DNA from: Balanoglossus misakiensis
Taxonomy: Eukaryota > Animalia > Hemichordata
Direction: 5' to 3'
DNA: 64,000 nucleotides
Assembly (NCBI GenBank): GCA_040954595.2
Contig: CM082597.2
Span: 3,086,265 to 3,150,264, forward strand
A program made the position numbers and the translations under genes. Under the pieces are notes generated by a model, which ran no database searches, was not told the origin of the DNA, and saw only the letters and a program-made list of their open reading frames with translations. Positions 28,601-40,200 of this stretch are shown here, one piece after another (positions within the stretch are counted from its first letter, which is position 1; each line of letters starts with the position of its first letter).

Positions 28601-29381
28601 TTCAATGTCGATATATAAACACAAAACTAAATTTTGTCTTACACCCTTTCTGACTGCCAGCCAAGAAGTTTACGTCCCTCGACAAGGCGGCGCGCAAACT
28701 CAACTTCAACGACCTAGCAAACGAGGAGTACGCGCAGAACAAACCGCCAGCATCCCAAGTGGACCCCACAGCTACTGACAGTCAACAGACGACAATGACA
28801 GTACCAGAGGCTGCATACAACGAGTGGCGGAAACTGCTAGATGCCTGGGATGTGATGGTGACGTCGCTGGGTTATCGACAGTGTCAGATGTCAGTTCCTA
28901 AATTTCCAGGTGAGGAACCTGTCGAAGGCCAACTTCCGCCATTAACGAATGGCTTCGTTTGTGCCTCATTGGTGGGTCCTGAATGAAGGGAGCCATCCAT
29001 TCCCAGAGACATGAAATCTCATTGGCTAATCTATATTACTATGACCAGGTGGTGTATTTCTTCCACGTATAAGAGCTCTAACCCAAAACATTTGAACAAT
29101 AGCATCTGCCACAAAACATAATTGTTTCCAATCCACTCTCTTTCTACCAAACCAGAAGTAGATGAAGGTCATGCCCACAGTGACGACCAATCAGAAATTG
29201 AATCAGAGGAGAAACTGAAGAAGATTATACTCTTACCAAAGTCACTTCATGATCAGTGGTTTAAAGCACTGGATGCCTGGAATACAATGGCATCAACGCT
29301 GGGATATGGTGAAAATGTTATTTTCATCCAAAGATTAAACTGTAAGTGGCGCTCCTTGATAAACACATGTATGTATGTTTG

Positions 29382-29415
<34 letters not shown>

Positions 29416-32400
29416 TGTATGTATGTATGTATGTATGTATGTATGTATGTATGTATGCACACTAATACGCACACATCGATTTCATCATTGTTCAATATTT
29501 GTAAATTTGTAATTATCTTTTTTCCTCTCCCTACTCAAATACCAGTGTGGAAGATGGTCGACACCGCATTTACTGCCAGAAGAAGACGTGTGTGCATGTC
29601 TTACATCGAAACTACTGATGACAATGAAAATTTCATTAGTGCTCCTGAACTGGTAATGACAGACTGGCTCCAGTAAGTCATGCGATTTGATAAAAATGTT
29701 TTTTTTAATCTATGAATTCTCATCTCTTTTTATTAAAAGATGTGTAATGATACATGTATTGCAATTGAACAGGAAAGCCCACAGCGAGTGGTCGAACATA
29801 CTGCAGAATGGACATGCCATGATGATGGCGCATGGATATGAAGAATACAAAGCAAGCATGCGACAGCTTCTAGGTGAGAAGGAATTACAAGAATATAGTT
29901 CTATACCAACCTGACCGACCTAAGTCATTCAAACTCCATTCTGTCGCCGCCATTTTAACTCAGTAGAGTGATGTAACCAAGGAAATATCTCCTGGAAATG
30001 AATGCAGATCAGAAAGTCTCTTTGTCTCCCTTGGTTCATTGAAGAATACCACATGGAACCAATTTTGACGATCACTCTTCACATGTTATTACAGAATTCA
30101 AAGACCACGTGTACGGCTACCAGGGAGGAGGGACATCAAATAAGCCACCAACAGAGGTGGAAAGGGTTTATCTGCAGTGGGTGAAACTGAGAGATTCCTG
30201 GAACTCAATGGTCACAGCAGTGGGTCACACGACACTGATTGCCTCTATCCCTAGTCTGCAAGGTGAGGTTGGTTCTCACGAGTTCTAATACAGTCACACC
30301 TATGTAAGTGGCCTCTTCTATGATGGAAACTTGTCTACAGCCAATTTGTAAGCCCCTGTGTACTTTGCATGTGCACTAATGGACATGTCTGTAAAGAAAT
30401 CCATAGTATCTTAGATGTTGTAGACATGCCTTAAGAAAACCTTCCCCATCTTAGTTATTTGACATCAAATGAAATTCTTTTTATCAGGACTACAGAAGAA
30501 CTTCAAGCGGATAGCAAAGGACAGCTACGCGAGCGAGACAGACCCAGATGTACCTACAGAGAACGGTGACGACAGTGGACCTGTAATGACCCTAGTGCCT
30601 GTGAATATGTACCAAATGTGGGACACAGAATTGGAGAGTTGGAGTCTGAAGGTCATGCGACTTGGTGATGAGTTCTTGAAGCAACCCACGTTACCCAGTC
30701 AAGTTATGAAAGGTGCTTATTCTATATAGCCATACTGGGGAGAATGGGTTAGCGATGGGGGTTCGTGGTGGTGGTGGTGGTGGTGGTGGTACAATGAAAG
30801 GTTATCACAAATTATTTCACCAAACATAAAATGTATTTCTCTACTACACAGAAATCCTTCGCCAGCAAGAGGTAGACGACCAGAAGATCAATTCCAAGAA
30901 TGCAGATGTAACTATCGATAACACCCTCCTCATTCCCAGGACAAACCACCACATATGGTCCAAAGTGTTGGATGATTGGAACGAGATGATGGCTGATCTT
31001 GACTACGTTTCTTACATGTCCAAACCTGAAGATACTTCAGGTAAATCGCAAGGATGGCGTACTACAAACAATCTTTAGACCATGTTTAATTAGATCTATT
31101 AACGGCCGCCGAATCTGATTTTTATTCTACCATCACATGCATTTTTGTCCTGAGATAAAGTGCACAGAAGTATTGAGTGTGAGTGACGTGACTTCTACCA
31201 ATTACTGTTGTGAGTTTTCTTAAAGCAAAAGCTCGTTGGTTTAGTTTTGCACTTTGAATTTGAATGGCATACTTCATCCCATATCTTCAGACTTTAATTG
31301 TGTTATTCTATCTTTCAAATTACAGAAAGATGCACTTTTTCCAACGCACGCCAATATGACCACAGAACTTTGCGATACCTGAAGATGGGGTCAAAGACAC
31401 CTCTGCCAGAAAACAAGACCTACCACGACAAGTGGGCGTGGGTTCTAGACGCGTTGGGTTTGATAGTGTCACTCAAACAGCGAGAGAGGTGTATTAAGTT
31501 TATACCTGAGATTCAAGGTACAGTCGCTATGTTGTCTCACTTGAGCTAGGCTACGCTTTATCATCATGGTAGTTACTACAGATCAAACCATGTTCATATC
31601 CCAATCTAATATTGTCGTTTATGAGACTGTTTGGTATTTTTGGCGTAGCATGCAAGACATCACTTGGGTTAGGCTACGCTTTAAAATCATGGTAGTTACT
31701 ACAGATCAAACCATGTTCATATCCCGATCTAATATCGTTTATGAGGCTGTTTGTGGTATTTTTGGCGTAGCATGCAATACATCAAGTAAATTACAATCCA
31801 TAATTGCGTTGAGCAAGCCATGAGAAGTGGTTACGTAAGCATCGTCTGTGAGGACAATGAATGACATCACAGAATGAATGATGTAAATGTATTCATTTGT
31901 TTAACAGCTGTCAATCGCAAAGTCATCCCCAGGTTACCAATCACGTTTGGGAAGAGGGGATCCAAACCTGGCATGTTCGTACATCCATGCGGCGTCATCA
32001 TCAACAATCACGGCAAAATGGTCATCTGCGATAAGGACAACAACCGGATACAAGTCATGGACCGCCGAGGCCTGTCAAAAGTGACGGCGCAGTTCAAGAA
32101 GTTCCTGAGACCGTTCATGCCCTACGACATTGCGGAGAGTCCCGACGGGAAGTACTTCATCACTGACATCAGCAACAATCAAATCGTCGTCTGCAATGAA
32201 TACGACCAGGTGCTGAGAATATTCGGCAACAAGGAGGGTCTCGTCCCGCGGGGTATAATAGTGACGCCGCTCGGCCAGGTGCTGGTAACCGATGTCCAAG
32301 AAGGGAGGTCGTGCATTCGCAAGTACACCCTGGACGGCCGCCATCTTGGGGAGTTCGCCACTTACTCCGCCAACCGAGGCCAGATTCAGTATCCTTGCTC

Positions 32401-32731
32401 GCTTACCGTCAACAGCAAGGGTCATGTCGTCGTCCCTGGCAACGGACGCTCGGTCATTCAGACCTACGAGAGCAACGGCAAGCTGAAGTCGACCTTCAGC
32501 ACAGCCAGCGCAGTGGTGACGCCGTACGGCATCGACGTCGACGAGGAGGACAACATCTATGTCTGCGACTTCTGGAACGACAGACTTGTCAAGTACACCA
32601 GCACTGGACACTTCCTGTACACCATTGGGCAGGGTCAGCTCAAGGGACCAATGGGAGTGGCTGTTGTTAATCCCTTCGTCATCGCCGTCACTGAGCACCA
32701 AAGTCACCACGTGGTTGTCCTGAATTTGTAG
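24596..32731 (+). CDS. ~1162-aa protein: basic Ser/Thr-rich N-terminus, 12 exon-encoded Pro/Trp modules, C-terminal NHL beta-propeller
   Basis: Exons 24596-24881, 25625-25819, 27145-27354, 27640-27834, 28028-28186, 28359-28541, 28661-28909, 29156-29341, 29546-29672, 29773-29873, 30095-30262, 30488-30712, 30852-31040, 31326-31517 and 31908-32731 total 3489 nt in one open frame. All introns are GT-AG except one probable GC-AG at 27835. An in-frame stop lies upstream at 24569, and AATAAA is at 32898. Confidence 0.85.
25539..25614. repeat. (TC)n microsatellite serving as the polypyrimidine tract of the exon at 25625
   Basis: ~38 TC units ending ~10 nt before the CAG acceptor at 25622-25624. Confidence 0.95.
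29368..29458. repeat. (TATG)n microsatellite in intron
   Basis: Direct reading of the sequence. Confidence 0.95.
31547..31785. repeat. ~120-bp tandem duplication in the last intron of the repeat-NHL gene
   Basis: TAGGCTACGCTTTA..ATCATGGTAGTTACTACAGATCAAACCATGTTCATATCCC..GGTATTTTTGGCGTAGCATGCAA.ACATCA occurs at ~31547 and ~31670. Confidence 0.9.
31908..32731 (+). CDS. Terminal exon: NHL-repeat (TRIM2/3/71-like) beta-propeller
   Basis: TFGKRGSKPGMFVHPCGVIINNHGKMVICDKDNNRIQV, PYDIAESPDGKYFITDISNNQIVV, PRGIIVTPLGQVLVTD, PCSLTVNSKGHVVV, PYGIDVDEEDNIYVCDFWNDRLVKY and PMGVAV are six NHL-type blades. Confidence 0.93.
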
Positions 32732-34269
32732 GTTGCACGTTGGATGGTTCAGATGAGCAACTGACAGTTCAGATCTGCGTTACCAGGTGGTGAATATATA
32801 ATAACCAATTAACCATCACACCACTGTCCGATGATTGATTGGTGTCTAGGCAAGGAGACAAAACTATGAGCACGAATTTATGGAGTACTTGATACTCAAT
32901 AAACACATAATCAAGGATTATATACAAGATGAACATCGATACCACAGTAGACCTGAATATTCATAAAATGAGCCATTTTCTTAACTCCTCGAGACACTGT
33001 GAGCTAGTTTATATTGGAGGACATTTTCATGTGACACAGGATATACAGGTTTTGTTAAACTGTCCATTTATTAAGATTGACTTGTGTTACTTGACTGGCA
33101 ACCTACGACTCGCGATATCTTACAAACTATTACTGAACGTTCGTCAGCATGATACGATACGTGAGACATTTAGAATATTTGACTGCCAAGATTCCTGCAT
33201 ACCCTAGAAAAAAACTTTTAACAGCATGAGTTTTTATAACGGTCAGCAATTACCAAGTGTTGTGTATAATCTATATTGCAAGCACTGCCCAAACTATGAT
33301 ACTAAGAGGTTGACATCCCCTCCCAACCCAAAGAAATGATTAGGAGTTGTTGATACTCGCTTGTGTTTGTAATGTGTTTTTGTTTCTGTTTTATTGGTGT
33401 ATTGATGCCTGGGGGCATGAATGTTCTCGCGAGTGGCAAAGTCATATGTTTGATTATCTTTCAATCGCACAAAGAGTGATTTCTTAATTCCAATATGTAT
33501 ATAAGAATTTTCATTATATGCTTGATCATACATTTTTCGTTTTTGGTGCAGCTAACATGCCGTTTGCGAGACTATGTGCTTTACTTTGGATGTTAGGTAA
33601 ACAGGCAATGTATTTACACAATTTCAGCATTTCTAATCAACTCGGAATATTTTTATGAAACTACGCTTTTCATCAGAGTACGGGTCGAAATCACTTCAAA
33701 CCCTGATTTGCATACATTTACCTACACTACCGGTCTGACAAGATGCCAAAAGGTACATTTATAAACCACTTGTGAATGGACACATGTGCTTGACATTCCA
33801 ACGTATAACATGATATGAAGTGATGATAAGACTTGGTTAAACAAAGAGAATAAATGAAAGGGTATGTAGTAAAAAAATGTGTATCAATACTATTCAGTTA
33901 ATCTGTCCAAGACCTGACGCCACCAATTGATGGCACGTACCACGCAAGTACATGTAAGTCTACAATGTCCAACTACATGTTCAATATTCAACAAATCACA
34001 AGCTCCAGATTTAAACTAAAATAGATATTTATTTGTCGAAGATAGTATACACAGTTGTCAATATACACATGGAAAAATAAGAAAGCTGTAAATTAACATG
34101 TAAATCAGTGGAAAAAACAGACTGTTTAATGCGGAAACGCACGTTGTCTTCAATAGAGAGATCCAACCAAAATAGTTCCACATTTCCGAATACGTAAAAA
34201 TATGTAAATACGACTTATTCTCAGTACACGATTCGTGAAGGGGAGAGTTCCCCGGATGTTCAGTGACCG

Positions 34270-37200
34270 CTACGTCATGATATTCAGCTGTTCCGTGACG
34301 ATGGTGTGTAGAGTGTGTTTCTTATACAGCTGCCAATTGACCAGGTCTTTTAGCCGTTCCTGTAGTGTCTCATGCAGAGGGTATGGATGTATTAAATTCT
34401 TCAGCTCATGTCTCCTGGATTCGGCGAAGTTGTCGTAGAAGAATTTCTTGTTGAGTAATAAACACTCAGCTCCTTTGCTAACCTAAAGTCATATAGAGTA
34501 AACACAGTTTATATATTTCGATGATTTTAGTGTTATGGTATTATATACAGCATATAATACCGAGTACCACCACAAGAATGTAACTACAAAAAAAACCTAC
34601 CAGACTAACCGACGGCTGAGGAAAATCAATCAGTTCTTGTTCATAACACAAGTTTGTCAACCCCTGTAAGAGACAAGGAAAGTTATTGCAGCAAGGATAT
34701 ATGTTTTAATACTTCTCTTCGTGTCTGTCTAAATCTACTTGTATGTGTTTCAATGCCCTAAAGTGAAGTGTATTTATACAATTGGTCGTATATACTTACA
34801 AATACTTGACCGGGATGTAGAATTTCCAACTGAACGAACACCTCTTTCCGAGCATTGAACTCTTTCTACAAAGATAAATAATGGAAACTGGCTTTTAGAA
34901 TTTGTATAAAATTTACTAAATTGTCCCACAATCAGATCTTACAATTGTCTAGTTTTTAAAGGGTCGGACATGTTGTTAGAATTTCCCATGAAAATATTTG
35001 AGCTTTGGTAATAATCTTACCGATCGCGTCGTTCTCATATTGGTTGATAGCGAATGAATGTCTGTCAGGTCAGACACTGACAATCGGCTAACATCGGACA
35101 GTGACGTATTCTCTTTCCGAAGATACTCGGTATCCGAGGGCCTTCTCAGTCGACCCCCTTCGGAAAAAATCGTGTTTTCTCGCCGGAAATGTTCCGTATC
35201 TGAGGGCCTCCTCTGTCGACCGCCTTCGGAAAGCATCGTGTTTTCTCGCCGAATGTATTCAGTTATTGATTTTGTGTCCGGGGGCCTTCTAAGACCGCCT
35301 CGAAGCGCCATCATTGTGTGTTCCTTTCTCAGGTATTCTGTCATCAATATTGAAGTGCCGCCATTTTTGTCTCGGCTAATCGACCTTCTGAAGTCCGACC
35401 TTGTCGACTCTGACCCGACATCGTGGCTGCTGATTGACTGTCTGGTCACTGACCGCATGCTCGCGTTTGGACTGAAGATGTCAGGAAGGTGGAGGTTGTC
35501 AAGAGACGCTGGTGTTGACTTAGTGCGACGACGACGACCATGGTCAACCTTGGCTCCTGTAATTTACGAGAAACATAAAACTAACTTTTCCATGTATGCA
35601 TATATCGCTAAGTATACCAGGAACTTCGTACATTAACACATGAGTGTAAGGTTACATACATACATGCATACACGCATTAATTCATAATAACATACACACA
35701 TGCATTAATTCAGACAGACAGACAAACTTTTAGGACATCTTTACTTATGTTTGCTCCGTTCCTCGCGTAGTTATCGCCATCTTCCGTTGTTTTTGTTCGC
35801 CTGCTCCGTTTGATGTGAATATTCGGTATGGGCTTCACGTCTTCTAGTTTCTTGATAACCTGACACGTACCCTGATATAACAGCAGACAACATGTATTGG
35901 TCAACATTTCACACAAATGATATTCGTCATAAAATTTCAGTTTATGACATGTTGGCGTAAAATTTCTGGAAATAATACTCACCGATTTAACGATATAAAT
36001 CCACTCTGAACAGTTGCTGTCTTTGCAAATAACAGTACCTCGTCTGAAAGTTTAAAAATACAGATAAACACATTATAAATATATGTAAGAGTATACATAT
36101 ATACTCGATTAAGATGCTACAAAATGAATGAATTAGACAAAATAATTCGATCGATCAAGCAAGAGTTATTACAATGATGCTGTCACCAAAGCTGTAAAGT
36201 AGATCCCTACTATCAATCAAACGGTGTTAAACATATCCTTGTCTTACTTATAATAGTGGAAAAGACACATTTCTGTTTCTTCCATCAGACGATCCACCGG
36301 CCAGTTCCTCACCAACGGAAGAGTTCTGTAAACGATGAAAAATTTGATTATTATTAAACAACAGATGGGTGTACCAGTTCGTGCAAAGTTGCAACTAATT
36401 GTATTCCGTTAGCTCTTTAACTTAAAAATGGCAAAAATCCGCCATCTTGAATTTATGACGACCATATCGCATTACAGCACTCACCTAAGTAGCAAAAACC
36501 TATTTAAGGTAGGGAGAATTGAGTACGAACCTTAGATATGCAATGTGTGGTGGGTCTTTCCCGGGTTCTGAGCCTCTCATGAAAATGTCGTGAAAATCCT
36601 ACCGATATATGAGCAATATAAAGACACATTTACATATCGGTGTAAATAGACAGCGTAGTTTAAAACATCCTTTCCCGTGTTGTTACAAACAAATGATCGC
36701 GACAGTAAATTTCCGGTTTGCTTGACAATCCTGTCCACCAACTGACCTCTGTGAGAAACCACTCGTTTGGCAACTAGTTAATGGACTAACTGTCAGTATT
36801 AGTTAGCTGCAATGGTTATTTCACTCATAACCACGATATTGGTGTAGTGATTAATGATTTCATATCAATTTTAAATTAAAACTCACCTCCCGTCCAATGG
36901 ATAACAACTCACAAAACGTGTCGCTAGTGACAGTCGCCGTTCTCTTCGAGTGGTGTATCAGCGCCAATTCCCCGAAACACGCCCCTCGACGCAGTATGTT
37001 GACGGTCCTGGAGAATGGCTCCTTGGTGACTGGGTCTGTTTCCATAATTGTTACTATGGCTACGCAGGATTTAAAGAAATACCATGATATAGTGTGAGAA
37101 TTTATACTACTTGATCTCTTTCAAATAAAATTACCAGAACATGTTAACATTCCACGTGTACGCGAGCTAGGCAAAAGGCTTGAGACTAGTTCATATATAC

Positions 37201-40200
37201 CTGAAAAAAATGAATATGGCGACCCACCTTGACCAGATATCATGATGTAAAACATTTCGGCGTTGTGGCCTTGTCGAATTATGACGCGTTTGGGTGGAAC
37301 GCTGAAAGGAAAGCCGGACATGTTGGACTTGACAGTTTTTAGTTTTCTCTATTTTTCAGGGTATCTTTAAATTTTATATAGTTCTATAAATACGTACAAT
37401 GACGTTGGGAACGACAGTATAAGAATTGTGTGTGGTCATACATATAATGTAAAATACATGATAGCAGGTACCTACTTGTGGAAAAAGGCGACTTTACAAA
37501 GTTTGTCTTGCATGTGAAGTGGATACTCGCAGAATGAATCCAATGACTGCAAACCGTACAGCGACTACAACGAAGAGAAATTATAGACGTGTAAATAAAT
37601 ATGTTACTAGTATTATCATTTTCTTAACCAGTTTAGTTCTTGTCGTTCAGTAGTAACGTTACAGTCCAAGTCTGGCAGCCCTCCTCAATATCTCACCCAA
37701 ACATATGCCACACACCCTTAAAGTGTCTGTCCCTTTTCCAGCATAGCCTGACCATCGTGTTGTGTCTGTCTATTTCGCTCACGCCCCTCTTTCTCTCTCT
37801 GCCTTTCCATCTTTCTATCTCTGCGCTCACCTTTTTGAGCTGTTCCGGTGTACGATCTTGTACTTCGACCGTCAGTATATTTTTCACTTCTTGGCTTAGA
37901 CGAAGCTATGAAAGCAAGCACCAAAATTGACTGTTATTGCATAAGTAAAGTAAATAATATCCAGAAAGTTTAATTAACATTCACTGAAAACGGATCGATT
38001 ACACTATTCACCATCAGTTACTGGCTATTGATTCGTTGAGACTGCCGTGACAGATGCTACTCAGGGCGTTTCAAAGTAACCGAATGCCAGTGACGCTTAT
38101 TAATAAATTAGCATATTAAAAACCTTGTGCATTCTGAGCACCTGTTAGGCGCGTCAATATTCAAATAAAGATAGTGTGCGTACATACTTCTTTCTTCGCT
38201 TTGTAGTACTTCTTATCAAAGGTCAAGTCTTCGACAACTCCTGACCCTCGGGACATTTTCTCCGCAAAAGCGGAAAAAGACAACAGGGAATCTTCTTCTT
38301 CCACTTCTGCAGCCCATCTGAAAACGACGGAAAATGAATGGAAAATTGTGGGATTGATATCATAGTCGATTTACCAATACATGTACTCAGTGCAGTGCGC
38401 CATCAACACCATACCCGTTGAATGATTGAGCTACAGCTAAAATTACAGTCTGGTGAAATTCCCCACAAACAGCATGGCAAATTATCCGTGACGATACCCT
38501 GGGGCGTTGAAAAACGTTTCACAAACTGTCGCTAAAATTAGAAATCGCGAAGATACAACTATTTGCAACCGACCATGACTACATAAGACAGGAAAACATT
38601 TGCCCGCCCAGTCGTCTCGGATCAGTGTCCAAACACGCATACCACTAATGTGTTTGAGATGAAAACGAGTCATGCCTGCGATAATATTTGTCTAGGTGGG
38701 CCCGTATTGAGACCTTAAAATAATAGTTTCTCTTTGAAATAACAGGGAATAGTTTCGAACAGAAATGTTTCCATAAGGATTATCTACACTCTGGGTAAAA
38801 GTGCGCGGCCCAGACATGGTGAACGGTTTGTCTAAAACATGGAACTTTGTTTAATAAATTGAGTCAAGGTTTCCACCATTATTTTCGTCGGTTTGGAGAG
38901 CCCGTTGTGATTGTGTGAGGGGATGTACGCCTTGGTCATACGGCAGACAGAGAGGTGGACAGATAGACAAGTGGACCGACGGACGAATGGAGATATAGAT
39001 GGTAAAATAGTAAGGAAAACGATGTGAGCATTGCTGGCATGGACGTACACATTGTCACCTGGCGGCCATTATCATTGGTAACAGATAACGAGAAAAGTGA
39101 CAGCGACGCAAAGAAAGACGAAAATTCAATTCGTAGAGTGTGAAGACTACAAAGATGGTACAGGTGGTCCCAGAATGCACACGGAGAGCCATCGATGCAT
39201 ACAGGGAATTATATTAGTTGACAAGACACTAGGAAGACATGCTACGGACAGAAGAATCCGCGATCAAACATGCTGCCCAGACACAATAGACTTTTACAAT
39301 ACAACAGTCACGACTCGATGCTTGGTTAGTTTCTCTCCAGAACGGACAATATAAACATGTGGTGTTCGTTCGTGACATAACTACGCCTATGCGATGTATT
39401 GAATGGGTTCGTGGTCGAGAACAGAACGATTAAAACGTGCCGTGAGTTGTAAGAAGTTGCTGTTGCCGCGACTTTGCAGGCGTTCGTCGTTTGAGCAAGG
39501 GACGGAGAGCGGCGTGACATTGTGTTCTGTTGAGACATGCATTTGCATTAGGGGTTTGCAATTTTGGGGACGGGGAGGGGGTCGTTTGATTGATGGGGGT
39601 CTTGTTTACACTGCCAGGGATTTAGCTAAACACGAACACAGTGAGATTAGGCCCCGGGAGTATTGCCAGGGCGGACACAAAGGGAGGCTGATCGTGTTTA
39701 ATGACCGTTTGTCAAACACGACGCAAACATGCCAGGATTAGACTTCTGATGCGGTTGAGCGATCGCCTTGTTTTCGGGGGATTTGTCGCCGTTTTAACAA
39801 TCGCTGATGTCACCGAGGTCCTCGTCTGGGTGAAAGTTGAAACCTGCTTTGATGGGAAGTGTATTAAACGTCGTTAAACGGTGATGGCTAATATTTGCAG
39901 CACTTTAACATGTCTGTGTTTATTACTGGGAAATAAGTCTAGAAAGCATTTCAAGACGCAGTTAGGTCGCCAGGCTGGGATTATAAGGAAATCAGTGAGA
40001 GGTTACATGATAAAGGCCAGTCTCTAAACACTCAATGCAAATTGGGACTGATTGTTTTTCATTGTTGTATTAATCCCCTAAGCATTGTTTGATTAATCCC
40101 CTTTTCTATTGTCTTTAGTGCACTTCAGAAATCCTGCTTGACTGGACAATAAAACGTCACGAGGTCACGACCCTTATTGGTATTCACATTCTCCATAGAT

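Noticed and set aside
32075-32710. 211-aa minus-strand ORF
   Set aside because: Antisense shadow of the GC3-rich NHL exon, with no independent protein features.
35058-35636. 192-aa plus-strand ORF with repeats
   Set aside because: Antisense shadow of the large CNBD exon; splice sites and frame support the minus strand.
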